DNA from: Nemertoderma westbladi | Lineage: Eukaryota; Animalia; Xenacoelomorpha | Assembly (NCBI GenBank): GCA_032718475.1 | Contig: JAUCBJ010000521.1 | Location: 1-43,487 of the forward strand | Direction: 5' to 3' | Length of the DNA stretch: 43,487 nucleotides | In this document: one piece after another, positions 12,304-22,614 of the stretch | How the letters are laid out: every line of letters begins with the position of its first letter | How positions within the stretch are numbered: position 1 is the stretch's first letter | Position numbers and translations under genes: made by a program | Notes under the pieces: generated by a model | Told to the model about the DNA's origin: nothing | The model's database searches: none | Seen by the model: only the letters and a program-made list of their open reading frames with translations

Positions 12304-14204
12304 TATTCGAAGAGACAGTAACAAATACACGAATCCTGCAATATCATACTATAGAGTCTGTGAATCAAAGCATAAATCCGACCTTCTCACCAAAACAGTA
12401 AACTCTAAGTAGGCAAACCTATTGCAGTATCGGTCTCTTATAACCGGTGAGGCAGAAAACAGTCTACGAACGGACAAACTTCGATAAAACAAAATCCCGC
12501 GCAGCGAATCCTAAAATCGGGCTGACTCACTGACGGACTAAAGGCGCTCGTACACTTTGCCGCGGTGTGATTTATATGATGAAAAAGCGCTAGCTACAAA
12601 TATAACCAGCGGGAAAATCAGCAGTGCGAACAAATTATTTCGTATATTTTGAGGTGTAAATAATTCCTAAACGCACGTGTGTTTTTAATTCATAGGTCAA
12701 AATTGATTTTTATCCTTCATATACTCTCATTTACTGGGTCCGGCGTTTATTTTACAAATATTCTAATATTTTGGTAACTTGTAGGTCCAATACTTACAAA
12801 TGACAAGGCTCCTTCCCCCTTTGGTGTATTTCCAGGACTCAAATTCAGGCATAGGGTTAATACTACGCCCAGAATTCGGCAATTTTATCTACCAGGTCCC
12901 TAATACTAAGAAGAAATGTGTTAGTTTACTACTGTAGGCGTACGGTTACAAATAGCTATCCTGGCTCTTATCTGGAATTTTAGTCACCTAGGTAGGCTGG
13001 GTAACTTCCTATCAGGACGTTGGCGGGGACACGGTAGGTGTTAGTATCCCTAATAGCCTTAATTTATTTTCGCCTAGCAATAAACTGCCCTACCGCCTGA
13101 ACGGTATAATCTCAATTCAGAGAAAACACAGCAATCCTCTCCTGGCCTACAAGTTCCAACGCAAGCAATAAACACCGTGTACTGCCGACAAGCCACCAAC
13201 GCACCTATACCTGACAATGAGTTAGGCGTACAGTTTTGCTGCACCCTACCAATGTACATGCCGGGTAATGGTGTGCCTGTGTCCTATCTGCGTACGGGTA
13301 TCTCTGTCTAACTTTCCTTTTCTCCTTCCCCCGTAGGAATATGAAGGGGTTCTGCTGGTCTTCCAAGAATTGGGACAATACAGTTCTTAATTTAAATTTT
13401 TGGCGTACAGTGTGTCGCTACTCCTACCGTCGATCTTAGGTCTTACACTTAGGTAGCGAAGCATCGAACACTGTCTAACCTTCAGGCGATGGGCGAATAA
13501 CTCGAATAGATATTGTGGGCGGTCTCCTGTTCACATTCCCCGATGTTCCCGTTCACTGCTGCGGCCCGATGTCTAGCCGGCCATCCTGTTCTTTAGGGGC
13601 GTTCACCGTGGTGAAGCATAATAAAACAGATAGGAAAAGGCAGATATAACAAGTATTTCTAACTTTTATTACAAAAGATATACATAAACGTAACAAGAAA
13701 CTAATAGATAACTAATCATAGATAGAAGAAGAATAGTATTGGATTGATTGATAACTAATGAACGAAATCGCACCTTATATAGCAAATTTGTGCTGCAATC
13801 AATCGAGAAAATTCTCGATTGTTCTATAAGTTCTAATGGGTTTTTAAAGATAACTATTGGTCCAGCGAATATATAACTTGCACGACATTGGTTACAATCT
13901 AATAACTACAGTCCCATTGGTTAATCTAGGTACAGACAAATGCAATTTAATTTGTAGCGGTCAATTTAAATGAGTTGAAATTCTGTACAAAAGATAATTC
14001 GCACCTACAAGGATTCGAACTCAATACCTACTACATATATAATTTCCAACGCTCTACCGACTGAGCTACTGAACCACTTGAATAATCATCGTACAAATAG
14101 ATATAGTAAATACAAATGAGGACTTAATGTAATCTTTTAGCAAAGTTAATTCGAATAAAATAAAATTTTGAAAATCCACGGCATTTAGAGAATATAATTC
14201 TATA
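12304..14204 (-). repeat. 3' LTR (1901 bp)
   Basis: Matches 30453-32350 from tattcgaagagacag to aatataattctata. By eye at least 5 A/G substitutions and one 20-vs-17-nt block difference. Confidence 0.96.
14001..14075 (-). promoter_or_regulatory. tRNA-derived A-box/B-box (Pol III type 2 promoter-like) module in 3' LTR
   Basis: Minus strand GGTTCAG-TAGCTCAGTCGGTAGAGCG...GAGTTCGAATCC, tRNA-like box spacing, T-run shortly downstream; no acceptor or anticodon stem. Confidence 0.65.
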
Positions 14205-14759
14205 TCGCTCCATGAAAACAGGATATTATCGTGCATAAAATATACGGTTTTCACCAATACTAAATCAAATTATGGAATACTTGGGACGTACTTACATATT
14301 TACAAATTAAATCTCTACAATTACCTCTACATAATAATTCGATACAAAAATAATTACAAATTCAAACTTTACGTATTTAAGGCTTTATTAAGTAAGTACA
14401 ATATAAATATAATTTAAATTCACCAAAATAAATCTATTGCATCTCAAATATTGCATAAATTCAAACAATCACAAATACTAATACTACTTAAATATAAAAC
14501 AAATTGCATAAGTTCGGATAATTTCAAATAAATCACAAGAAAGGCTCACAAGTCTTCCGTCTGCTCTTGCCTTCTATTTACTGTAAATACAAATACTGCT
14601 TCTTTATAAAATATAAATTGCATAATATTCAAACAATAAATTGCGTAAGTTTGGAATGACTACAAATATAGCACTTTCTAAATATAAATCTTTACTAAAT
14701 TGCATAAGTTTAGAATAATACTGCATAAGTTTAGAATAATATAAACTCCTTTTACATCT

Positions 14760-15000
14760 CAAATATGAAATATAAATCTTTCAAATATAAATCTTTCAAA
14801 TATAAATCTTTCAAATATAAATCTTTCAAATATAAATCTTTCAAATATAAGTTCCTTCTAAATATTAAACTTTCTAAATTTCAAAATTGGAACAATACAA
14901 ATACATAAATTTAGAACAATATAAATTGCATAAACTTAGAATAATATAAATTGCATAAATTTAGAACAATATGAATTGCATAAATTTAGAGCAATACAAA
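14760..15000. repeat. AT-rich tandem repeats in the element's 3' UTR (15-bp aaatataaatctttc x4-5; about 25-bp aattgcataaatttagaacaatata x4)
   Basis: Seen directly. Confidence 0.75.
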
Positions 15001-15121
15001 TTTTAAACAATACAAATTACCTAAACAATTCAATTTACATAAACAATACATAAAACAAACATAAAATAAACAATTCACAAGAAAGGCTCACGAGTCTTCC
15101 GTCCACTCCTTCCTTCCCGCT

Positions 15122-16276
15122 TTAACGCTTAGTGGATCGAGCCCTGCCGCGTCCTCGAAAACTGTGTATCGGCGATTTAGCTCGTGATATGGGACTTGTG
15201 GGGCGAGCCACTGGTTTACTTTGGACGTTGAGAGACGGTACAACCGTTTCCTCACATATTCGTCCCTTAGTCATCCCAAATCCTCGTCCAATCCCTCGTG
15301 ACCGATCTGTTGTATCTACCGCTGGTAAAACGTCTGGGAACGCACGGAAAGCGGACGACGCAGACCCAATAGAAGCTTGCGCCCCCTTTTGATCAGCTGG
15401 TATATGTCCCGATCCTCCTTGCGGTTCTCTGGGAAGCGAAACCGTATCCCGAGTAATTCGAATAGTCAGTTCGTATCCCTTTCGTTCTTCAACGTTGATA
15501 GTTTTCTTTAACTGTTGGCCCACTTTCTGGACCCTTATGATCCTACCCTGTCCGTCCTCCCGAGGGTGACGTGCAGACGGCGCGACCGGAGTAGCTGGTA
15601 TGTTGGTCGCCTCTAGGACCTCCTCTTCCTCGAATACGCTCGCTCGTATACGTTTATGGTAGAACGCGGCTCGGTACGCCCATGCGACGGTTAACCAAGC
15701 TCCCTTGTTCCGCTTTTCCGTTCGGAACCGATCAAATTCACCATATGTGATACGATTGACTACTTTCTGGAAGTTCCATGTATTCTTATTGTCAGGGTGT
15801 ATCTGTAACAAATATTCGCGCACAACTCGGAATCCACTATCATGAGGCAAAATATCAACTACCTCGATGAGTTCGTCGTATTGTGGCATAGCGGAGATAT
15901 ATCCTTCCGACATCATAGTTTGAGGATTTACCGCCCAAAATCCAAGATGCGCTCTCATCGGGAACCGTCTTCTTTGCGCTGCTACATGTTCGTCAGCCAA
16001 ATCTTCCCACTCATCAAATAGTTTTCGCACGAGTTTTACAGATTCGTGTTCGTAAGGTATATCTCTCAGTTGGCATTCAGATGCTCGATGTCCCTTTATA
16101 TTGCAGTAAGTGCATTGAGCCATAAATCTCCAGCAAGTATAAAATGTATGGGACCCTTGATCTCCACACCATCCACAGATTAGTTGAGTTGTAGTAATGT
16201 GCTTTCCACTGCACTTTGTCGAATGATGTCCAGCGACACCACATTTACCACACATCGTATTAGCAGGGTACCACAC
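15122..16276 (-). CDS. Accessory protein with three CCHC zinc knuckles and a basic RG/RS-rich C-terminus (possibly the frameshifted C-terminus of the upstream ORF)
   Basis: CGKCGVAGHHSTKC, CGWCGDQGSHTFYTC, CTYCNIKGHRASEC; ends RGRGRARSTKR. Frame open from 16309; first ATG at 16255. Confidence 0.75.
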   Translation of the reverse strand: MWYPANTMCGKCGVAGHHSTKCSGKHITTTQLICGWCGDQGSHTFYTCWRFMAQCTYCNIKGHRASECQLRDIPYEHESVKLVRKLFDEWEDLADEHVAAQRRRFPMRAHLGFWAVNPQTMMSEGYISAMPQYDELIEVVDILPHDSGFRVVREYLLQIHPDNKNTWNFQKVVNRITYGEFDRFRTEKRNKGAWLTVAWAYRAAFYHKRIRASVFEEEEVLEATNIPATPVAPSARHPREDGQGRIIRVQKVGQQLKKTINVEERKGYELTIRITRDTVSLPREPQGGSGHIPADQKGAQASIGSASSAFRAFPDVLPAVDTTDRSRGIGRGFGMTKGRICEETVVPSLNVQSKPVARPTSPISRAKSPIHSFRGRGRARSTKR

Positions 16277-16287
16277 TCGCTCATATA

Positions 16288-18846
16288 TTAGATCGCCAAT
16301 CGGATCAGACTATAACAGATCAAACTATAATCATAATCGTCTGGATCAATAGGTTGGTATGTTTCAGAAGGTTGTATGCAAACTACAGCATCTGTTGCTT
16401 CTAATTGTCGAATCTCCGTCTGAGATTTCTTCGGGAGGTTCCTTTCAATCTCAAGAAGTTCCTCTAAAGGATCATCGATGGCCGTCGTTACTTCGAAATC
16501 ATCACCTAAGTGACCGATAGGCGCACGCGTCTGCCGTGATTCGTCCGTAAGCTCCACGATACGTTCTCCTTCATAGGGTAACAATGTAAACATAGATGGT
16601 CTTTCGATAAGAGATCCCGCACAGCGAAGATACACGTCTCGAAATATACTAAATCCTGCTCGAGTGAAGGCATTACACTGAGCGTCGGAATTGTAGAAGG
16701 GTTCGAGAAACCGTCTAAACACATCGGTATGAATTCTCCCTTCCGCGTAGAATGTATGATCTTCTCCGAGGCAAAGTGGATGTATTTTAAGAGTCCGAGA
16801 CACAATGTCAGCGACTAAGCAAACATTCACTGATGACTCTATCGCTAAATAATATTGTAGTAACGCTCTTGGAGGTGAAGTAATAGCCCAATATACGCAT
16901 CCTCTCCATTTGAGCTGTGATTCAAACTCATTTATATCTGGAGTATCACCTTCTCCATACGTTTCGATATACTTTGTTCTTTTACTTTCCTTATAATCCC
17001 AATTAAACATCAAGTAGGAAATATATTCAGTTCCGGTTTTCTGAGTATCATACTCACGGAAGTATCCTTGTTCTATAGACCACAGTATAAGAGGTCGAGT
17101 GTCGACGTAAGGTGTCGGTAGTCTGTCGTCACTGTCCGACATGCCGGCGAAGTCGCTAATTAAGTCCTCTCTTACTCCTGATCCAATCTTTACAACAGTT
17201 TTATCTAAAATCATATTTCTCACTGTCTTTGGTAACATTCTAGCATCGATATTGCAAGCCTGGTCCATTTTCTTTACTATATTAGTGATGAACTGGTGCC
17301 GCTTTGTAGTTCCTGGAGGTATCGGCATTCGCTTGTCGCTCCTTTGTCTACTGAAAACGTGCAAAACTCCGTCTGCCGCTCTAATTTGTATAGTCTTGGA
17401 GGTTAGACTCTGCTGATGGCTGCCGCCCTCGTTATCATAAAACATGTAACCGTTTTCCTGAAACGATCTAAACGTCCTATTCCATTCGTCCAATAATTCT
17501 TCCGAAGGTTGCCAAATCTTCTCTATGTCTTTCTCGTCCTCGAAACGAATGACTTTACCTTGCCAGTCTGCAGCGATATCTGTATCCGACTCAAAGGTTC
17601 CTGTTCCAATCCATAAGCGAATTGTTTTGGTTAAATATCCTTTCAGGTTACTCGGAGCTATATCAGCGCCAGCTCTATCCAGTTCCCTAAAGTCTTGAAT
17701 ATGAGGCGGAACATTATGCACAACCTTTTGCGTAATATGTCTACGTAAATCGTATATCTTAACCATATCGCTTAGAACAACTGCAGGAAGAAACTCTAAG
17801 TTCGAAATGATTTCCGGATGATCCACAATAGGTATTTCATACGTTGTATCTTGTCGAACTGGTATACTAATAGGGAAATTGAGTGTCGTACTCAATGGTT
17901 TCGTAGTTGAAGTACTATACGGTTGCATTTCTCTTGTCCTTTCCGGGGATGCAATCTGTAGTCTCTGAATAACGTTTTGAGCAAAGTTTATACTCTCGAA
18001 AACTTCCGGTGTCATCTCCTTAGCTGAAGTTTGATTGTGTGACGTCCAATGGTAAGGTAGGATCGCGAGTCTTCCGCCCCATTCTTCCATCTCACCTTTC
18101 TCGAAAGCCTTGTAGGCTCTGTATAGGCTGAGAGCTTCTTTCTTTTCGCGGGTTGACTGAGTCGCCTCGTCCAGCGTAAGTTCGAATACATCGGGTTCAA
18201 CAACCTTAGGTGGGTAAACGACAATTTCTCCCGCCTTTGGTCCAGTCATAGCGAATGAATGATATGGATTCGATAAAGGATACCCTCCTTCCTGGTAGCG
18301 TAGTTGTTGATGGTTCGAACACCTCGCCAATATCGGTTCGGGATTTTCCTTATTCAAACGCATCGGAATCGCATTTCGTTGTTCGCGCATACAAGATCCG
18401 CATTGATAATAAAGTTTATAAACTGAAAATGCTTCCTTTGTTTCTCTATCGTCCCCTCGAGTTCGTCTGTAAAGATGCATTCCATCGAATTCATCACGTA
18501 CCGCAGGCATAGGTTCGTGTGCTTTTAGGTATTGCATAGTATGATACAAACGACTAATTTCGGTATCGGGATCTTCGCTAATATCTCCCGTATCACATAA
18601 AGCGTCGTACGGGTAAAGTTCATTGAAGGTTTTGCGTAAACTTTCGATTCTTTCATTTAACGCGTTTTGCCTTCTCTTTATTACATTCGAGTCATATTTC
18701 GTCTTTGCGAGTTTCGCTGTACTTTCTGATAAATCTTTTATACCAAATATAGTGTAATCCTTAGCTCCAAATCGTTCGAATGGCGCTGCTGCTTCCTCTT
18801 GGATATCATATCCCCATCTCGGCTCTCCTTGTATCCCTTTCGCCAT
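16288..18846 (-). CDS. Accessory 852-aa protein with a putative DEDDy 3'-5' exonuclease domain (WRN/EXD/Mut-7-like)
   Basis: Intact ATG-started ORF. Motifs in order: MFYDNEG (ExoI), TIQIRA, LPKTVRNMILDKTVVKIGSGVREDL (ExoII), YVDT, W...P...QYYLAIES (ExoIII-like, D replaced by E). N-terminal CGSC...CSNH. Confidence 0.72.
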   Translation of the reverse strand: MAKGIQGEPRWGYDIQEEAAAPFERFGAKDYTIFGIKDLSESTAKLAKTKYDSNVIKRRQNALNERIESLRKTFNELYPYDALCDTGDISEDPDTEISRLYHTMQYLKAHEPMPAVRDEFDGMHLYRRTRGDDRETKEAFSVYKLYYQCGSCMREQRNAIPMRLNKENPEPILARCSNHQQLRYQEGGYPLSNPYHSFAMTGPKAGEIVVYPPKVVEPDVFELTLDEATQSTREKKEALSLYRAYKAFEKGEMEEWGGRLAILPYHWTSHNQTSAKEMTPEVFESINFAQNVIQRLQIASPERTREMQPYSTSTTKPLSTTLNFPISIPVRQDTTYEIPIVDHPEIISNLEFLPAVVLSDMVKIYDLRRHITQKVVHNVPPHIQDFRELDRAGADIAPSNLKGYLTKTIRLWIGTGTFESDTDIAADWQGKVIRFEDEKDIEKIWQPSEELLDEWNRTFRSFQENGYMFYDNEGGSHQQSLTSKTIQIRAADGVLHVFSRQRSDKRMPIPPGTTKRHQFITNIVKKMDQACNIDARMLPKTVRNMILDKTVVKIGSGVREDLISDFAGMSDSDDRLPTPYVDTRPLILWSIEQGYFREYDTQKTGTEYISYLMFNWDYKESKRTKYIETYGEGDTPDINEFESQLKWRGCVYWAITSPPRALLQYYLAIESSVNVCLVADIVSRTLKIHPLCLGEDHTFYAEGRIHTDVFRRFLEPFYNSDAQCNAFTRAGFSIFRDVYLRCAGSLIERPSMFTLLPYEGERIVELTDESRQTRAPIGHLGDDFEVTTAIDDPLEELLEIERNLPKKSQTEIRQLEATDAVVCIQPSETYQPIDPDDYDYSLICYSLIRLAI

Positions 18847-18874
18847 TATTAGAGGTAATGGTTACATAATCATA

Positions 18875-18908
18875 CTACTAGAGGGAATACAACAGAGTTT
18901 ATTATTAG
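18875..18908 (-). promoter_or_regulatory. Putative 3' splice acceptor for the accessory-ORF mRNA
   Basis: Minus strand CTAAT...CTCTGTTGTATTCCCTCTAG|TAG about 30 nt upstream of the ATG at 18846. Confidence 0.55.
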
Positions 18909-19505
18909 TTGTGAGGAGATGTGAGAGTTTTCGTCTGCCCTTTTGGCTCGACAACGCTCTAACCTCCAACCCATAGCCTAAGATCTAAGGTTTCTTTAGT
19001 GACACACTGTCTTATCTAAAATTTTTTGCCGAAATAAAAACGAATTTGGGCTAAACTGGCTGTGAGTCTAAAATACTCACTTTTTGATCCCAAACTATTA
19101 TCAGAAAATAAGCAATCAAGAGTTAGTAATAAATATAGGGAAGTCTATTTATTGACGTAACTTATTGAAACAAGACCGTGTAAAATTTAATTAAATTTTA
19201 AGAAAGGCTCGCAAGTCTTCCTTTCTTGTTTCTCTAATTTTAAGTTCCACCCGACTGTACCCTGAAATCTATTCACTGGAGAAAATTTTAAAAATTTTTC
19301 AAATCCAAATGGATTGTCTAAAATTTCGAAAATGTCTCAATATTGTGAGTTCCAAGTAGAATTCCATTTCTTATACCTACAAATCCCGCTCCTATGTGAC
19401 ACATAAGGGTACTACCCTCAATGTTCACATATAAAGACAATGGAATTCTACCGCTGTCCTTACTACGGTGTACAGGTACGTGGAAATCTATTTGTAAACT
19501 CCTTA

Positions 19506-21373
19506 CTATTTACTAACATTTGTTGGAGACTTGTAATCTCCAGACTCGTTTCGCGTCTCTTCAAGAAGTACGAGACGTTGTGTCGGTCTGTCTACTGTAC
19601 GACCGTCAATTGTCCGTACAGTCACAGTTCTTGTCACTCCATCCATAGATGGATGTGTGTCTAGAATTACACCTGTTATCCAGAAGCGTCTTTTTAGATT
19701 CACTTCTGCTAATAGCACATGATCTCCCGCTCTTAAAGCGCGAGTATTGTTGTACCAATTTGTTCTGGCAGAAATAGAGGGCAAATAGTGATTTTGCCAT
19801 ATTTCCCAGAATTTGTTAGCTAGTAGTTGCGTGATTTTCCACGCTTTTCTACCGTAGCTGTCGCCTTCTATTGGAATAGAAATAGGCATTAATGTAGTCG
19901 GTGCCTGCATAAGCAGGTGTGCCGGTGTCAAAGCAAACTGGGATTGTTTGTCATCGGGTACTAATACTATTGTTCTAGTATTTAGTATTGCCTCGATTTC
20001 AACAAACAATGTTGTCAGTTGGTCGTCTGTCAAGATGTGGTTTACTGGAATTACCTTTGCCATGGCTGTTTTTATAGATCTAATCAATCTCTCCCATACT
20101 CCGCCTCTCCAAGGACTGTCTGGAGGATTAAACTTCCAAACAATCTTGTAAGGACGTAGTTCGTTTGAGATTTGATCATGATCTAATTTCTTAAAGGCTC
20201 TAGCAATTTCATTTCGAGCACCAACAAAGTTTGTACCTTGGTCTGAGTGCAAGCATTTTACTAGTCCGCGTCTAGCGATAAATCGCCGCAATGCTAGTAT
20301 AAACGCGTTGGTGGAAAGATCCATCACACGTTCAATATGAACTGCCCTACTGGACATACATGTGAAAATCAGTCCCCAGCGTTTCACTAGTATACGTCCA
20401 CGTTTCATATGTATGGGACCAAAGCAGTCAATTCCAGTCTCTGTAAAAGGTGGTCTGAATGCTTGAAGTTGTGCTTGTGGAAGTTCACTCATTTCTTGGG
20501 TACCTATTCTAGAGTGTACCTTTTTACAAATAATACACGTACGTGTCACTGAACTTAACGCTTTACTGGGTCTAATTAATACAAATCTTGTACATAAGTA
20601 GGAAAGACAGTGATGTCTTCCAGCGTGTTTCAGATGTAAATGTGCGTCCAGTATCATTGCACGTTGTAATTCGTGATGTTGCGGTATTATTATCGGGTAC
20701 CTAAAATTTGTGTTAAAGTCAATGTTTTGAAGCCGAGATTTATGACAAATTAAGCCATTATAAATTATCGGACTCCAACTCAATATTGGTGACGACTTGA
20801 TTGGTTGACCTTGACTTATAGATGTGAATTCGCGCGCGAAATATCGCAATTGATAATGGCGAATTAATTTAATTTCTCACCTGTCAATCTCGGTCAATGT
20901 GAGTCGACATGTAAAGTCGCGTTTGCCTTTGACGTATTGTACAAAACGTACAATCCACGCTAATTTTCGGCACGCGTTGGTCCAAGAATCTGTTAGGTTT
21001 ACAATACGGTCGACGTAAGTATTTGTGACGTCATCAGGTAAGTCAATGGAGAATTTGGAAGGTTTTGATTTACTAGATGGGCCCACGAGTCCGCCGGTAG
21101 GTATTCCCTTGTTGACTGTTGATCCGTCCGGGTCTACGAGTAATTTGTCCTTCTTTGTTTTCTTACCTTGATTGTCAGTACTTTGTAAGTCGATCGTTAA
21201 TGGTGGTTTGAACTCTATGGGATCACTGGGTTTCGGTAAACTTATTTTTCTGCCGATATTAATCCCAGGTCTCACCGTAGGTTGTAAGGTTGGTATGTCT
21301 CTTGAGCGTAAAGTAACACCTGTATTTACATTTGCGTAGGTACTACCCACATCTGTAATACATGAGGTTTCAC
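19506..21373 (-). pseudogene. pol: Pol C-terminal part: linker plus integrase, with in-frame TGA at 20877-20879
   Basis: HHCC (AHLHLKHAG...CIICKK), DDE core (GIDCFGP, SDQGTNF, GGVWERLI) and BEL-type C-terminal domain (W..GVILDTHPSMDGVTRTVTVRT...RPTQRL). ORFs 20877.. and 19506.. share one frame. Confidence 0.92.
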
Positions 21374-22614
21374 TGTGCTTATGGTTACTCAAGAGTGTTC
21401 GCTTGTGTACTTTTGGGCTCCTCCCCGAGGCGCACCCACGAGGCGGACACCTTTCCACCACCCTTGGGGCCAGTCCGACAGATGTTATTATCAGACCGGG
21501 CCGGAGGGTGGCCTGATGCTTCCCGGGTTCTGTTTTCGGTCCCCCGATCACACCAGCACAGCTCGTCGAACGTGTAGCCAGATGGGCGGCTACTGTCAAC
21601 TTACTGTGGCCTGACTGTACATTGAGCCAACTCAAAGTATAACAAAGAGTCAACCGGCAGGTGGACCAGTCGATAGCGATCGAGCACCAAGGACGCCCTT
21701 GGGCCTAACCGACGGTCTTGTCCCATGTGGGCTTGCGCTACCCAACATGGAATTTTGACTCGTTTTCACCTGCCTCGCCGGCAGTATTTAAAAAACAATA
21801 CTGTCTGTAGCTCAAAAGCTACTGAACAAGTAACCACTTACCAGTCACTGTACACGTGTACTCAACAGATGTTCACGAAATCAAGTACACAACGGTAAGC
21901 ACAAAATCGAACACATACCATGCACACACAGAGACATAATCGGGAAAGACAAAATCGGGGTCAAAATTGAGAGGACAAATTGTATCGACCAACCACCAAG
22001 TCGAGAGTACCTTATTTTACCGACAGGGTAAAATAACTTTGTGTGCACAAAGTTATTTTACCGACAGGGTAAAATAACTTTGTGTGCACAAAGTATGCTG
22101 GGGTGCAGTAAAGTATGGTCCTACTAATACCAGCGGCGTCTGGTCCAACTGGCAAGGGTTCCCATACCCACTCGCAGTGGCCACACATACAATCACGTGT
22201 ACTCACGTACCCACAGCAACAGAAAACTCAAGACCCGACGGTTTATTCCAATGCCACCAAAGACCAAGTCAGCTGAACATGGAGACAATAACATATAGTA
22301 TCAAAAAAAAAAAAAAACAGCTGACGGTCAATGGAACCATCCAAGCCCCAAGCAAACTGCCACTGATCGCCCACATACAAAACATAGTTCACGCCACATG
22401 AACCACAAATCACGCCATGCCACCACCCCTACTGTGTACAGGACTGGCAGTACGGCAACAGGCCGACTAGGCGATACCACGGCACCATGGCAATTCATGG
22501 TTCGTTAGACACGAGGGCCTTCAGTGACTCCCTAGCACTATACTACCAATTTTAACGTGCCCCCAGCCCCTCACGAGTCTGCCGCCGCCTGTTAAACTCA
22601 CCCCTATAGAGACC
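21374..22614. mobile_element. Unclassified 1.24-kb insertion in pol
   Basis: Breaks the pol frame between RNase H and integrase, with a change in strand composition. Flanked by tcac at 21370-21373 and 22615-22618. Internal 41-bp palindromic duplication and an A15 run. Boundaries are inferred. Confidence 0.55.

Noticed and set aside
9502-12401. HHRTSRS/SQNFTKY repeat ORFs
   Set aside because: Translations of the minisatellite.
13074-13259. 61-aa ORF present twice (also 31223-31408)
   Set aside because: Duplicated only because it lies in the LTR; no recognisable motif.
16288-18846. env gene
   Set aside because: Position fits, but there is no evident signal peptide, transmembrane anchor or Cys-rich glycoprotein pattern; exonuclease-like motifs fit better.
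21371-21377. CACTGTG RSS/Transib-like heptamer at the insert edge
   Set aside because: No matching inverted terminus or 5-bp TSD at the other end.
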